The notes below the pieces were generated by a model. It was not told the origin of the DNA. It saw only the letters and a list, made by a program, of their open reading frames with translations, and searched no databases. From Octopus sinensis (Eukaryota): DNA of 64,000 nt. A program made the translations under genes and the position numbers. Below are positions 36,266 to 47,348 of this stretch, one piece after another. Position 1 is the stretch's first letter. Each line of letters starts with the position of its first letter. Where the stretch lies: assembly GCF_006345805.1 (NCBI RefSeq), contig NC_043000.1, forward strand, positions 30,938,001 to 31,002,000. Direction: 5' to 3'.

Positions 36266-36333
36266 CTTGTTTTTCCCTTGGGGTCAGAATAGGTAATTTT
36301 ACGTAATGCCAACCAATCTCCTCGAGCGACTTC
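36266..36333 (-). CDS. NUDT5: NUDT5 coding exon 2 (68 nt)
   Basis: tctatcttgtag|GAA GTC GCT CGA GGA GAT TGG...ACA AG|gtttgc; EVARGDWLALRKITYSDPKGKT(R). Confidence 0.92.
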
Positions 36334-36439
36334 CTACAAGATAGAAAAGAAAAACACATTTTTTGTGGTTATTCCATTGAATAAATGTAAATATAGATTA
36401 AACACGCCCATATGGATAATTAAAATATGAGGGTGGAGT

Positions 36440-37557
36440 GAGTGACCTGGAGGACATTGAGATTCAGGACCATAAAATTAATCTAAAATTGACCAGGGAG
36501 AAAAACTAGAAATAGTTGATAGCTTCCATTACCTAGGCGACCAAGTCAGTAGTAGAGGCGGGTGTGTTGAAAGTGTAGCTGCTAGAGTAAGAATAGCCTG
36601 GGCAAAGTTCAGAGAGCTATTACCTCTGCTAGTGACAAAAGGCCTCTCGCTCAGAGTAAAAGGCAGACATGTGTATGAACAGCCATGCTACATGGCAGTG
36701 AAACATGGGCCGTGACTGCTGAGGATATGCGTAAGCTCACAAGAAATGAAGCCTGTATGCTCCGATGGATGTGTAATGTCAGTGTTCATATTCGACAGAG
36801 TGTAAGTACCTTGAGAGAAAAGTTGGACCTAAGAAGCATCAGTTGTGGTGTGCAAGAGAGACGTTTGCACTGGTATGGTCATGTGGCAAGAATGGATGAA
36901 GATAGTTGTGTGAAAAAGTGCCACACCCTAGCGGTTGAGGGAACCTGTGGAAGAGGTAGACCCAGGAAAACCTGGGACAAGGTGATGAAGCACAACCTTC
37001 GAACTTTAGGTCTCACCGAGGAAATGACTAGAGACCGAGACCTTTGGAAGTATGCTGTGCGTGAGAAGATCCAGCAGGACAAGTGAGACCATAACCCGTG
37101 GCCTCTGCCTGGGATGTAGCCAGTCCACTTATGCATACCTTTCCTTCTTGGGACACAAAACTACTTGTGAAGACCTGTTGAGGCAAGTGAAAATCAAAAT
37201 CAAAATCAAAATCAAAATCGATCAACATCAATGGAAATTGTAGCTGTGATACCAGTGCCGGTGGCACATAAGAGAACCATCCGATCGTGACCGTTGCCAG
37301 CCTCCGTGCCAGTGGCACATAAAAAGTACCATCCGATCGTGGCTGTTTGCTAGCCTTGTCTGGCACCTGTGCCGGTGGCACGTAAAAAGCACCCACTACA
37401 CTCACGGAGTGGTTGGCGTTAGAAAGGGCATCCAGCCGTAGAAACATTGCCAGATCAGACTGGGCCTTGTGCAGCCTTCTAGCTTCCCAGACCCCAGTTG
37501 AACCGTCCAGCCCATGCTAGCATGGAAAGCGGACGCTAAACGATGATGATGATGATG
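36440..37557 (+). mobile_element. RTE LINE 3' fragment: ORF2 C-terminus running directly into the hairpin-module 3' UTR
   Basis: ORF 36685-37086 (LHGSETWAV...ERRLHWYGHVARMDED...GRGRPRKTW), then (caaaat)n, three GTGCCNGTGGCAC modules and a (GAT)n tail. Confidence 0.93.
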
Positions 37558-37719
37558 ACATATATTCATTTTATTTTATTTATCTATTTATTCTTTAAAT
37601 TGTTAATTTGCAAATATTATACTGTTTATATTATTACATTGTATATATGTTTTTTCAAGGACTAGATAGATAAATAAAAAGTGAATAGGAAGGGGGATAC
37701 CCCTTCTCTCTCTCTCCCC

Positions 37720-37735
37720 ATTACCTATCTATCCG

Positions 37736-37777
<42 letters not shown>

Positions 37778-37893
37778 CGTCCATCTATCTATTTATCTTT
37801 CTACCTATCTATCCGTCAATCTACCTACCTATCTTCTATCTATCTATCGTCTATCTATCTGTCTGTCTATCTGTCTATCCGTCTATCTATCTA

Positions 37894-37933
<40 letters not shown>

Positions 37934-38040
37934 TCTATCCGTCTATCTATCCGTCTATCTATCTATCTATCTATCAACCTACCTATCTTCTATCTATCTA
38001 TCCGTCTATCTATCTATCTATCTATCTATCCATCTGTCTG
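37720..38040. repeat. (CTAT)n/(CTGT)n tetranucleotide microsatellite
   Basis: Directly visible. Confidence 0.95.
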
Positions 38041-38273
38041 TATATCGCTATTGTCATGGAACCTCACTCCAAAAAACAAAAACAATGTTCTCTTCTAAAC
38101 AAGAAAAAAAAGCCCAAAACATCTGATTTATATAAATGAACAACCTGTTTATACATTCACAAAATTTTATTTGACAAGTCCGAGAAAGGAACGAAAGCGT
38201 TAATAATAATGAAGAAATAAAAAGACTTTTTTTCTCAAAATTCTGCGACTTTTTTTTCTCAATATATATATAT

Positions 38274-38457
38274 ATATAAGTGGAATATTTTTAACCATTA
38301 TGTGGAAACCCTTATGCTAGAAGAAGATCCGCTATGGTCTCAACCACTAAGAATTGTTCTCCAGAAAATTTGGAGAACAATTCTTAGTGGTTGAGACCAA
38401 AGCGGATCTTCTAGCATAAGGGTTTCCACATAGTGGTTAAAAATATTCCTCTTATAT
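38274..38457. repeat. Near-perfect fold-back palindrome (about 88-bp arms, about 7-nt loop), possible MITE
   Basis: atataagtggaatatttttaacca...aattgttctcca gaaaatt tggagaacaatt...tggttaaaaatattcctcttatat. Confidence 0.85.
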
Positions 38458-38562
38458 TTATGTATGAAATACTATTTACTGAATCTCAGTTTATATGCTA
38501 GACCACTGGTGTTAAAATTGATGTTATCAAATTAATATCCAATTTTTCACCCTCATTTTGAC

Positions 38563-38601
<39 letters not shown>

Positions 38602-39438
38602 TCGGTAAAACAAATCAGAAATAGAAGCATACCATCAGATCCCAAAACCTGTTGGCTTATAATCCCATAAACCGGCCTTATCTAACTTTATTCGTATTAT
38701 ATATAAGTATGTATGTATGACTTGCGTGCAGACACACACACACAACAATGTTTACTGAGAAAAGTGAAAAGGAGTTCACTTGAAAATCGAAACCGGGTTG
38801 TTTATATTCCCAATTAACTGAAATTGGCAATCTTTCGTCTCTAGTCCTGAAATTAATTAGCGACTTGGACGAAATGACGAAGAATGATAGTAGAAAGAAA
38901 TTTATATGTAATTTAGTGAAGTTTATGCCTCTTCCAAACCTAATTGAATGTGAAAATGATTTAAAATAGAAAGTGTGTCACAGTTAAATTCAAATAATTG
39001 ATGAAAATACTTTAAATTGGTTTGTTAAAACTAATAAAATACCTGATACCAATTAAAAATCAATAGTTTAAAAAAAATTTTAATAATCAAAGAATACTGT
39101 GGACAAGGAAAAAACAATAAACATCGCGCTTAATTAGGAATTAAGTTTCCGGACACAACAAAAAGAAACAGTTTTTTTAGAAAATTTTATAGCTAAAACA
39201 TAATTAAATGAAAACATATGGAAGTTAAGAATATTTTTAAATAATAATTCCCGGAAATATTGAGAAGAAAAAAACCCATATATTATAAAAGAAACAACGA
39301 GTTTATGAATTGAGAAATACAGAAATAGAAACGAATTAGTGAAAGTTGGTCGCAGATGGTTGCATAGGAATTGTTATGTAAAAATGTTATTGTGGCGTTG
39401 AAGAAAATAAAAGGACGGCTTTGAGAAAATATTTCTAC

Positions 39439-39492
39439 CTTTTCTTCTATAAATTTCCCCATGATAGAATCTTGATCTTTAATTTGTGCCAT
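39439..39492 (-). CDS. NUDT5: NUDT5-type ADP-sugar pyrophosphatase, first coding exon
   Basis: ATG at 39492-39490, MAQIKDQDSIMGKFIEEK|gtagaa; acceptor tttaatttag 11 nt upstream of the ATG (exon starts 39503). Confidence 0.8.
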
Positions 39493-39499
39493 AGTGGAT

Positions 39500-39800
39500 G
39501 TCTCTAAATTAAACAAACTGATGATAGCCGGATGTAAACTCGAACAAGTGCTCGATTAAGGACGGTTGAACGATGGTTTTAATTGTTAAACAGCTACGAA
39601 ACTGTCTCGAATAAGAGAAGGCGGGCAGATAATAGATTTACGAGTGACACACAAAATAAAGTTTGTTCACACTCACAGGGTGTACAATATAGGCTTAACT
39701 AAATAAATAATGAGCATGTCCCTATTAGAAACGGCAGGAATATCTTTTAATTGAAATCAAATACTGAAATTTATAGATTTTTTTTTTTTTACGTTTTTAA
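39500..39800 (-). promoter_or_regulatory. Probable NUDT5 5' end: CpG-enriched segment with a candidate upstream exon ending at 39677
   Basis: Non-repetitive, visibly CpG-richer than its surroundings, GGCGGG near 39620, and a gtgagt donor (plus strand actcac 39671-39676) upstream of the ATG exon. Confidence 0.4.
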
Positions 39801-40533
39801 TGTGACTGTTGTGATTAATGATTTCTAGAATAAGTCCAGGGGCACCCAAATTGTGTTGGGGATATATAATTGATTAAATCTTCTATGTAAAACTAGTATT
39901 CTAATTTTTCAACGCTCTCACGTTTAAGATTATTAGCGAAAGTGGCATTTCTGTAGAATGAAATCGGTAATTATATAGGGCGTCAAAAACATATTTTTTT
40001 CGAATGTGTATGTATACGCATCGTTGATAAGAACTCGGCAAAAATAAAATAATCGTACTAATAGTTTCAAATTTGGACACAAGGCCAGCAATTTGGGAGA
40101 GAGGCCAATCGATTACATCGACCCCAGAGTTCAAACGATACTTATTTTCTAGAACCCACGAAGAATGAAAGGAGTATTTACAATGCAGAACGTAATGACC
40201 CAAAATAAATGCCGCTAAATATTTTTGTCCGGTGCTCTAACGATTCTACCAAATCGTTGTGTCTTGTGAAAGGGACATTCCTATAGAATAAAATCGGAAA
40301 TTATCAAGAGTGTCTAAAACCATTATCTCTTCGGATGTGTATTTTTTAAGCATTCTAGATTACGATTCTGCTGCTGCTGCTGGCAGTAGCAACAAAAACT
40401 ACAACAACCCCTTCTACTATAGGCACAAGACCTGAAATTTGGGGGACGGGGATAGCACATCGGCCCAGTATCAACCGGAACTTATTTTATCAACCCCGAA
40501 AGGACGAAAGGCAAAGTTGACCATTGGTGGAAT

Positions 40534-40595
<62 letters not shown>

Positions 40596-41087
40596 TGTCT
40601 TGGTATAAAAGACGGTCTACAGCAAATATTCTGCTCGATACCACAGATGTGCTTGTCAGTTGTTTGACCTTAACCAGTTGAGCATGTCCCTTAGTGGCTG
40701 ACGATATGTGCATCTCTGATCACGAGCAGAAGTAGTGGGGGAGCATCATAGCTGTGTGTTGAGAGGGATGCTTCGGGGTTTGAATAATTCACCTTTGGAA
40801 ACATGGGTGTTTCGTTCAACATCCTTAAACAACCCTTATTCAGGGACCTTTCGAGTGGGATGGGTTACTCGACCTGAAGAAAATTCTAACTGGGCCCCAC
40901 CTGCAAGGTCATGTGCTGTTTATCTTGATATGAGATCACCTTGTCGCGCACACATGGTTGTGATGCATGTGCCTAGTGTACCCTTATCAGACGGATAGTC
41001 ATGATGGGTATACTGGGCTTCGTATATTTTACCCCAGTGTCACTTTGATGGCATGCACTGCTCTCTCACTCAATAATAATAATAATA
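40596..41087. mobile_element. About 490-bp non-coding element (family E), copy 1, flanked by (AAT)n
   Basis: ttgtcttggtataaaagacggtctacagc...actgctctctcactcaataataat; highly similar to 41088-41600 and 42551-43170. Confidence 0.8.
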
Positions 41088-41600
41088 ATTGTCTTGGTAT
41101 AAAAGACGGTCTACAGCAACTATTCTGCTCAATACCACAGATTTGCTTGTCAGTTGTTTGACCATAACCAGTTGAGCATGTCCCTTAGTGGCTGACGATA
41201 TGTGCATCTCTGATCACGGGCAGAAGTAGTGGGGGAGCATCATAGCCATGTGTTGAGAGGGATTCTTTAGGGCTTGAATAATTCACTTCAGGAAACAGGG
41301 GTGTTTCGTTCAACATCCTTAAACAACCCTTATTCGGTGACCTTTTGAGTGGGATGAGTTACTCGACCTGAAGAAAATTCTAACTGGGCCCCACCTGCAA
41401 GGTCATGGGCTGTTTATCTTGATATGAGATCACTATGTCACGCACATATGATTGTGATGCATGTGCCAGGTGTACCCTTATCAGACAGATAGTCATGATG
41501 GGTATACTGGGCTTCGTATATTTTACCCCAGTGTCACTTTGATGGCATGCACTGCTCTCTCAATCAATAATAATAATAATAATAATAGTAATGATAATAA
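41088..41600. mobile_element. Family E copy 2 (tandem duplicate of copy 1)
   Basis: Same left junction aataataattgtcttggtataaaagacggtctac as copy 1. Confidence 0.8.
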
Positions 41601-41604
41601 TAAT

Positions 41605-42550
41605 AATAATACGCCTAGGAACAAGGGAGGAAGAGGCCTCATAGGATGCAAGATCTGTGTTGTCAATGAGAAGAACAACCTTAGGATGGTACATCAAATA
41701 GCGGAGTGAATCCTTGCTTGCCTCTGACAGAATTAATAATACAATACCTACTGAAAAAATTAGGAAACAACATGAAGATGAAAGAGTAAATAATTGGAAA
41801 ATGAAACTACAGCATGGGCAACACCTCAGAGGAACTGAAGGAAAAGACATGATCAACACTTGGAGATGGCTAACAAAAAGTGACTTGAAGGGGTGCACTG
41901 AGGCATTGATATGCAGCACCCAGGAACAAGCTCTGAGAACTAATTACACCAAGTTCCAAATAGATAAGAGTAGCAAATTGCCCCTTTGTAGGATATGTGG
42001 AAGCAGAAATGAAACAATCTCACATATTGTGAGTGAGTGTAGGAAGCTGGCCTAAAAACACTACAAAAGGGGGCACGATAACATGGCTAAGTTCATTCAC
42101 AGGAGGCTATGTGAAAAGTACGGCCTGAACAGAGCATGGAAAGAAGAAAGGAAACCAAGATTATATATATTGCAATACCTGGGGATACACACATAAATGA
42201 CAAAGGACTAGAAAAGATTTAAAAGTACAGACTACTAAAAGACGAAATGGCAAGCATGTAGACTATGAGGAGAGTGTCTGTCATTCCAGTAGCTGTAGGG
42301 GCACTCAGAGTATTGACAGGCAAGGTTGAGAATTGACATGAGAGCAGAGCAAGCCCAAAATTCTGTGCTGGATTTTGAGATTGGTCCTTGGAAGGTGAAA
42401 GTACCAAAGCTAATAATGTGTGAAAAGAGGCCCTGCAAGACCTCTGACAGCAGGCTGCTGTCCACTCTCACAGATTCTACCAGAGCAAACATGATCAAGC
42501 ACTCTGAGAAGTAAAACAATAATAAGAATAAAATAATAATAATAATAATA
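41605..42550 (+). mobile_element. R4/Dong-like non-LTR retrotransposon 3' fragment ending in (AAT)n
   Basis: QEQALRTNY...LCRICGSRNETISHIVSECRKLA (CCHC knuckle), then RGHDNMAKFIHRRLCEKYGL and a REL-like remnant; (AAT)n at both ends. Confidence 0.8.
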
Positions 42551-43134
42551 AATGCCCTGATGCAGTACCAGTCATTGGCTCTCATGGCTTCTAATCTTAA
42601 CTAATTGGAAATGTTATCATGTACATGTTTTAAGTATTGGTTTAAAAGATCAGGTACAGCAAATATTCTGCTCAGAACCACAGATTTGCTTGTCAGTTGT
42701 TTGGCCTTAACCAGTTGAGTATGTCCCCTGGTGGCTGACAATATGTATAACTCTGATCACCAGCAGAAGTAGTGGGGGAGCATCATAGCCATGTGTTGAG
42801 AGGAATTCTTTGAAGCTTGAATACTTCACCCCTAGAAACATGGGTGTTTTGTTCAACATTCTTAAACAAGCCTTATTCAAGGACCTTTTGAGCAGGATGG
42901 CTACTCAACCTGAAGGAAATTTTAACCGGGCCCCACGTGCATGGTCATGTGCTGTTTATCTTGATATGAGATCATCATATCATGCACATATAGTTGTGAT
43001 GCATGTGCCTCATGTATCCTTATCAGACGGTAGTCATGATGGGTATACTGGACTTTGTGTATTTTACCCCAGTGTCACTTTGATGGCATGTGCTACTCTC
43101 TCTCCCTGAGCAGATAAATAATAATAATAATAAC

Positions 43135-43170
<36 letters not shown>
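42551..43170. mobile_element. Family E copy 3 (longer, more diverged), flanked by (AAT)n
   Basis: Begins tgccctgatgcagtaccag, about 80 bp further left than copies 1 and 2. Confidence 0.8.
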
Positions 43171-43171
<1 letters not shown>

Positions 43172-43173
<2 letters not shown>

Positions 43174-44145
43174 CATTGTTATTTAATGTCTGCTTTCCAT
43201 GCTGGCATGGGTTGGACGGTTTGACAGTATCCTCCACCACCGGAAATTTTAATCATCTTGATAGTGATTTCTGATGGCCCAAGTGTTTTTCCTGACTTCA
43301 TATCATTAATTGCCTTATCTATTATCCTATCAACTCTGATGGTTGGTCCCTCAATTGGTTCAATATTTGAAAGACTCCTCTTCTCCCATTTATTTTCCAC
43401 AATTAGTATCCATTCATAGTGGCACTTTCATACATCTTTCTTCTCTGAGTCACTAAGTACAAGCATACCTATTTCTTTACTACCCACAAGGGGCTAAACA
43501 CAGAGAGGATAAACAAGGACAGACAAATGGATTAAGTCGATTATATCGACCCCAGTGTGTAACTGGTACTTATTTAATCGACCCCGAAAGGATGAAAGGC
43601 AAAGTCGACCTCGGCAGAATTTGAACTCAGAACGTAGCGGCAGGCGAAATACCGCTAAGCATTTCACTCGGCGTGCTAACGTTTCTGCCAGCTTGCCGCC
43701 TTATTACAAGCATACCATTATCCATTCACACCCATTTCTCACCTACCACATCTCTATTTTCTCTGATACACTGCTTTGCAATCTTGAATACCTCATACCT
43801 CTGATCCTCCCACTGAAGAACACTGGCAAATTTCTTACCTTTCACCATTCCTTTTGCTATGCAAACCTGTCGCCTAACTTCCCTTCTGATTACCTGATAC
43901 AATTCTTTTGCGTCCTCCATTTTTCCAGTCTTTCCAGGCCCGTGTCTTTGCCTTAATAAAGCTGTCCACTTCCTTGTTCCTCCACCATGTCACTGGCAGC
44001 CTAGCTGGGATACGGTCAGTGGCCCTCACTAGATTGTCTCACAGGAACTTCCAATTGTGCTCTCTAAGTTGTATGTCCCTATTTCCTCCTCTCTGTCATC
44101 AGAGGCTTCCATTACAATATCATTGAATTTCTGTCAGTTAACTGA
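43172..44145 (-). mobile_element. RTE LINE remnant interrupted by a family B SINE
   Basis: KFASVLQWEDQRYEVFKIAKQCIRENRDVVGEKWV and IDKAINDMKSGKTLGPSEIT; RT sequence joined directly to the last ~45 nt of the 3' terminus. Confidence 0.75.
43470..43704 (-). mobile_element. tRNA-derived SINE (family B) with TSD tacaagcatacc
   Basis: Full-length copy; TSD at 43458-43469 and 43705-43716. Confidence 0.92.
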
Positions 44146-44185
44146 GTCTTTGAGCTAGGATGTCTCTGAATTTCCGTCTGTTGCC

Positions 44186-44259
<74 letters not shown>

Positions 44260-44261
<2 letters not shown>

Positions 44262-44465
44262 ATGTGCATCGTTGGCGATTTTTTTCCCTCTGCCTTCCCT
44301 TCCTTGGATCTTTCCTTTTCCTATGTTTGTGACAAAGAGCTCCGCTCGAAATATTAAACCCTCCTTCTTTCTTCCCTTTCCTGAGCATCCTATAACACTA
44401 TATTTGTTCCACGTCCTCGCGTTGTTGTATTTTCTCTTTGTGCTTTCATGTTTTGATTAACTATA
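44260..44465 (+). mobile_element. (TA)n-flanked element with a degenerate hammerhead-like motif (possible Penelope-like or retrozyme remnant)
   Basis: gttt-GTGACAA-a-gagc-tcc-gctc-GAAA-tatt-aaac at 44325-44359; long (TA)n on both sides. Confidence 0.45.
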
Positions 44466-44470
44466 TATAG

Positions 44471-44519
<49 letters not shown>

Positions 44520-44520
<1 letters not shown>

Positions 44521-44750
44521 TCGTCATCATCATCGTCATCATCATTTAACGTCCGTGTTCCATGCTACCATGGGTTGGACGATTTGATTGAGGTCTGGTG
44601 AAACCAGACTCCAATTTGATCTGGCAGAGTTTCTACAGCTGTCGTGGGTGCTTTTATGTGCCACCGGCATGAGGGCCAGTTTGGTGGAACTGGCAACGGT
44701 CACGCCAAAATGGTGCTTTTTATGTGCCACCTGCACAGGAGCCAGTCCAG
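44520..44750 (-). mobile_element. RTE 3' UTR-derived repeat (deleted)
   Basis: Family tail and two modules. Confidence 0.75.
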
Positions 44751-44791
<41 letters not shown>

Positions 44792-45117
44792 CATAAGCAC
44801 CAGCTATGTAGTAGGAAGTTTGCTTCCCAACCACGTGGGTCCAGATTCAGTTCCACTGCATAGCACCTTGGGCAAGTGTCTTCTACTAAAGCTTCAGGTT
44901 AACTAAAGCCTTTTGAGTGGATTTGGTAGATCAAAACTAAAAAAAAAGCTCATCATAAATTGTGTGTGTGTGTGTGTGTATGTGTCACCCTGACCACTGC
45001 TTGACGACTGGTGTTGATGTGTTTAACTTAGCAATTTGGCCAAAGGAACCAATACAACTAGTACCAAGCTTCAAAACAAATAGATCCTGGGGTCAATTCA
45101 TTTGATTAAAAATTCTT

Positions 45118-45480
45118 GTTGAGCGAAGCGGTCTTCGTTCCATTAGTGGGAGAAGTCCGAAACGTGGTCCTTTGCTATTCGTAACACCCGCAGAAGAGAA
45201 AGCAGGTCAACCCCCGATACCGAGAGCATCGACGGATGGATGAATGCGCATCCAGGCTCAGCGGTTGCGTAGGAAGTCGGGGACAAGAAACAGGAAGAAA
45301 GAGAGAGAGAAAGTTGGAGTGAGAGAGTACAGCAGGAGTTGCCACCACCCCCTGCCGGAGCCTTGTGGAGCTTTAGGTGTTTTCGCTCAATAAACACACA
45401 CAACGCCCGGTCTGGGAATCGAAACCGCGATCCCCCGACCGCGAGTCCACTGCCCTAACCACTGGGCCATTGTGCCTCCA
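45118..45480 (-). mobile_element. tRNA-derived SINE (family F, CpG-rich, probably young; tRNA-Arg-like head) nested in an older SINE
   Basis: Minus-strand head ggaggcacaatggcccagtggttagggcagtggactcgcggtcggggg...ggtttcgattcccagacc (A- and B-boxes); flanks resemble parts of the 20197-type SINE. Confidence 0.75.
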
Positions 45481-47127
45481 CTTGAAGATGGTGCTCCAAC
45501 ATGGCTGCAGTCTAATGACTGAAACAAGTAAAAATAAAAGATATATATTTATACACATATATATAATAGGTGTCGGTGTGACTGTGTGGTTAAGAAATTT
45601 GCTTCCCGACCAAATCCAGTCAGAAGGCTTTAGTCAACCTGGAGCTATAGTAGAAAAGTGCCCAAGGTGGCACTGAATCTGAGACCACATGGTTGGGAAG
45701 TTTGTCAACCTCAGAGCTACATTTGTATCATAGCTGAACCAATGAAGATGACAATGAACAATTGTGAGTTCTAAATGAAGGACACTTTTAACAAGAAGAT
45801 TCAATGAGTGGAGGAGAAAAAAAAACTGTTTGTCTTATCAACTTTCCTATTTTGTTTTCAGATTAAGAATTATCGTTTTATTGATCACTTTCCTTTTCTT
45901 GTCTTTATTGTTTTTGTCTTTAGATGAAGAATCATCACTTTGTTATCCATGTCCATAAAGGTATCCCACAGTTTGTTTTCTCAAGCCATTATTACCACTA
46001 ATCAATGGTCAACATCAAAAACAAATGTAAATATCCTTCTTTCAGCTACTCACACCACAACAGCTGCTTATTCTTCCAACACTGACATAAACTTCTCAGA
46101 AAAAGATACCAGCAAACTTATTTCTCTAAGATGGCCATTTCTCTGTGGATAACAATATATTGCATGTTTGGAATATTGAAAACTACTGACTGTAAGTTTT
46201 AAATAATTTATTCAATTTACAAATTTATTGTTTATGTTAGAATAATTTAGAAACCTTGAGAGACATGAAATAATTTGTCTTTAACAGTGGAACTCAAAGT
46301 TGTTGGCATCCTTTTGTCTCGGGAGAGAATGGAGTTGCACATAAAATAATCCAATCTGGTTTTTACATTTTATGTCATTTTCTTTCCAGTTTTGCACAGG
46401 CCTGGGCTAGATGTAAGACAGTCCTGGGCAACCCTATCGTCAGGATTCCTCTCTTGACCATGCTGACGTAATCCAAAGGAGTGCAGAGCATTATGTTTGG
46501 TAGCAGCTTGGTTGCAGGAGCTGCCGGAAGAGTGTTGTGTTGAACACTAAACTGCCTATGGGGCTCCACTCTGGATTTCTTTGAAGGGTGTCTCCTTTCT
46601 GTAACCCTGGATAGGGGCCCATACTGTGTACTGTCAGCCAGAGTCAGCTGAGCCAGGGACTCGTGTCTGGCAGGAACTCAAAGTAGATAAGGGTATAAAC
46701 AATAGCATATAGATATCAGGTTATGAAACACTTTGGGTAGGAAAAGTCAAAGGCTGCCCAGAGAATTTTGAAGGGTTACTTGGGTCCAAGGGTAGAACAT
46801 CAGTCATGTTTACAGAAGGTGTATGTTCATGTTACATGGGTAGCCTTCAACTTTTTCTAGCCAATATTTACTTGCCGTTATTAATTGCATAATTTACTTC
46901 AGGTTCCACAGTTAAAAATGAATTATTAAGTTTTTAAATTCTTGACATAAACAAATTTATTACTATTTTCTTTTTTTCTTTTTTCAGTATATTTCCCAAT
47001 GATTATAAAGATACTTGAGTTAGTGTTTGAAACTTTATTAAAATCTATATAAAACAAGATCATGCCAACCACAAAAAGTCACAATATATTTTTTATGATT
47101 ATTTTATATTTTTTCAATTCATGTTAA

Positions 47128-47348
47128 CCCTTTCATTACTGTATTTATTTTGAGATTCTCTGTGTTTCTTTCAATTAATTTTAAATATAACAAAGAACTT
47201 AGTAAAATAACTTAGTTATCATTAAGCTAGTGTTAGGAACATAAATTGTGACTAAGATTTGGTGGAAGAGTTTAATCCAAAACTTATGAAAACAAGACAT
47301 TTGTACTCGGAGCCAGAGCCGGTTTCAGCCGGGTTAGTAACAAAAGGG
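47128..47348. mobile_element. piggyBac-type MITE, 221 bp
   Basis: TTAA|CCCTTTCATTAC...GTAACAAAAGGG|TTAA. Confidence 0.85.

Noticed and set aside
38745-38805. Second hammerhead-like motif (CTGAGAA-aagtgaa/ttcactt-GAAA)
   Set aside because: The core lacks G8, and neither stem III/NUH nor stem I can be formed convincingly.
45405-45480. tRNA-Arg gene on the minus strand
   Set aside because: A- and B-boxes are present, but the acceptor stem does not pair and the sequence continues into a SINE body.
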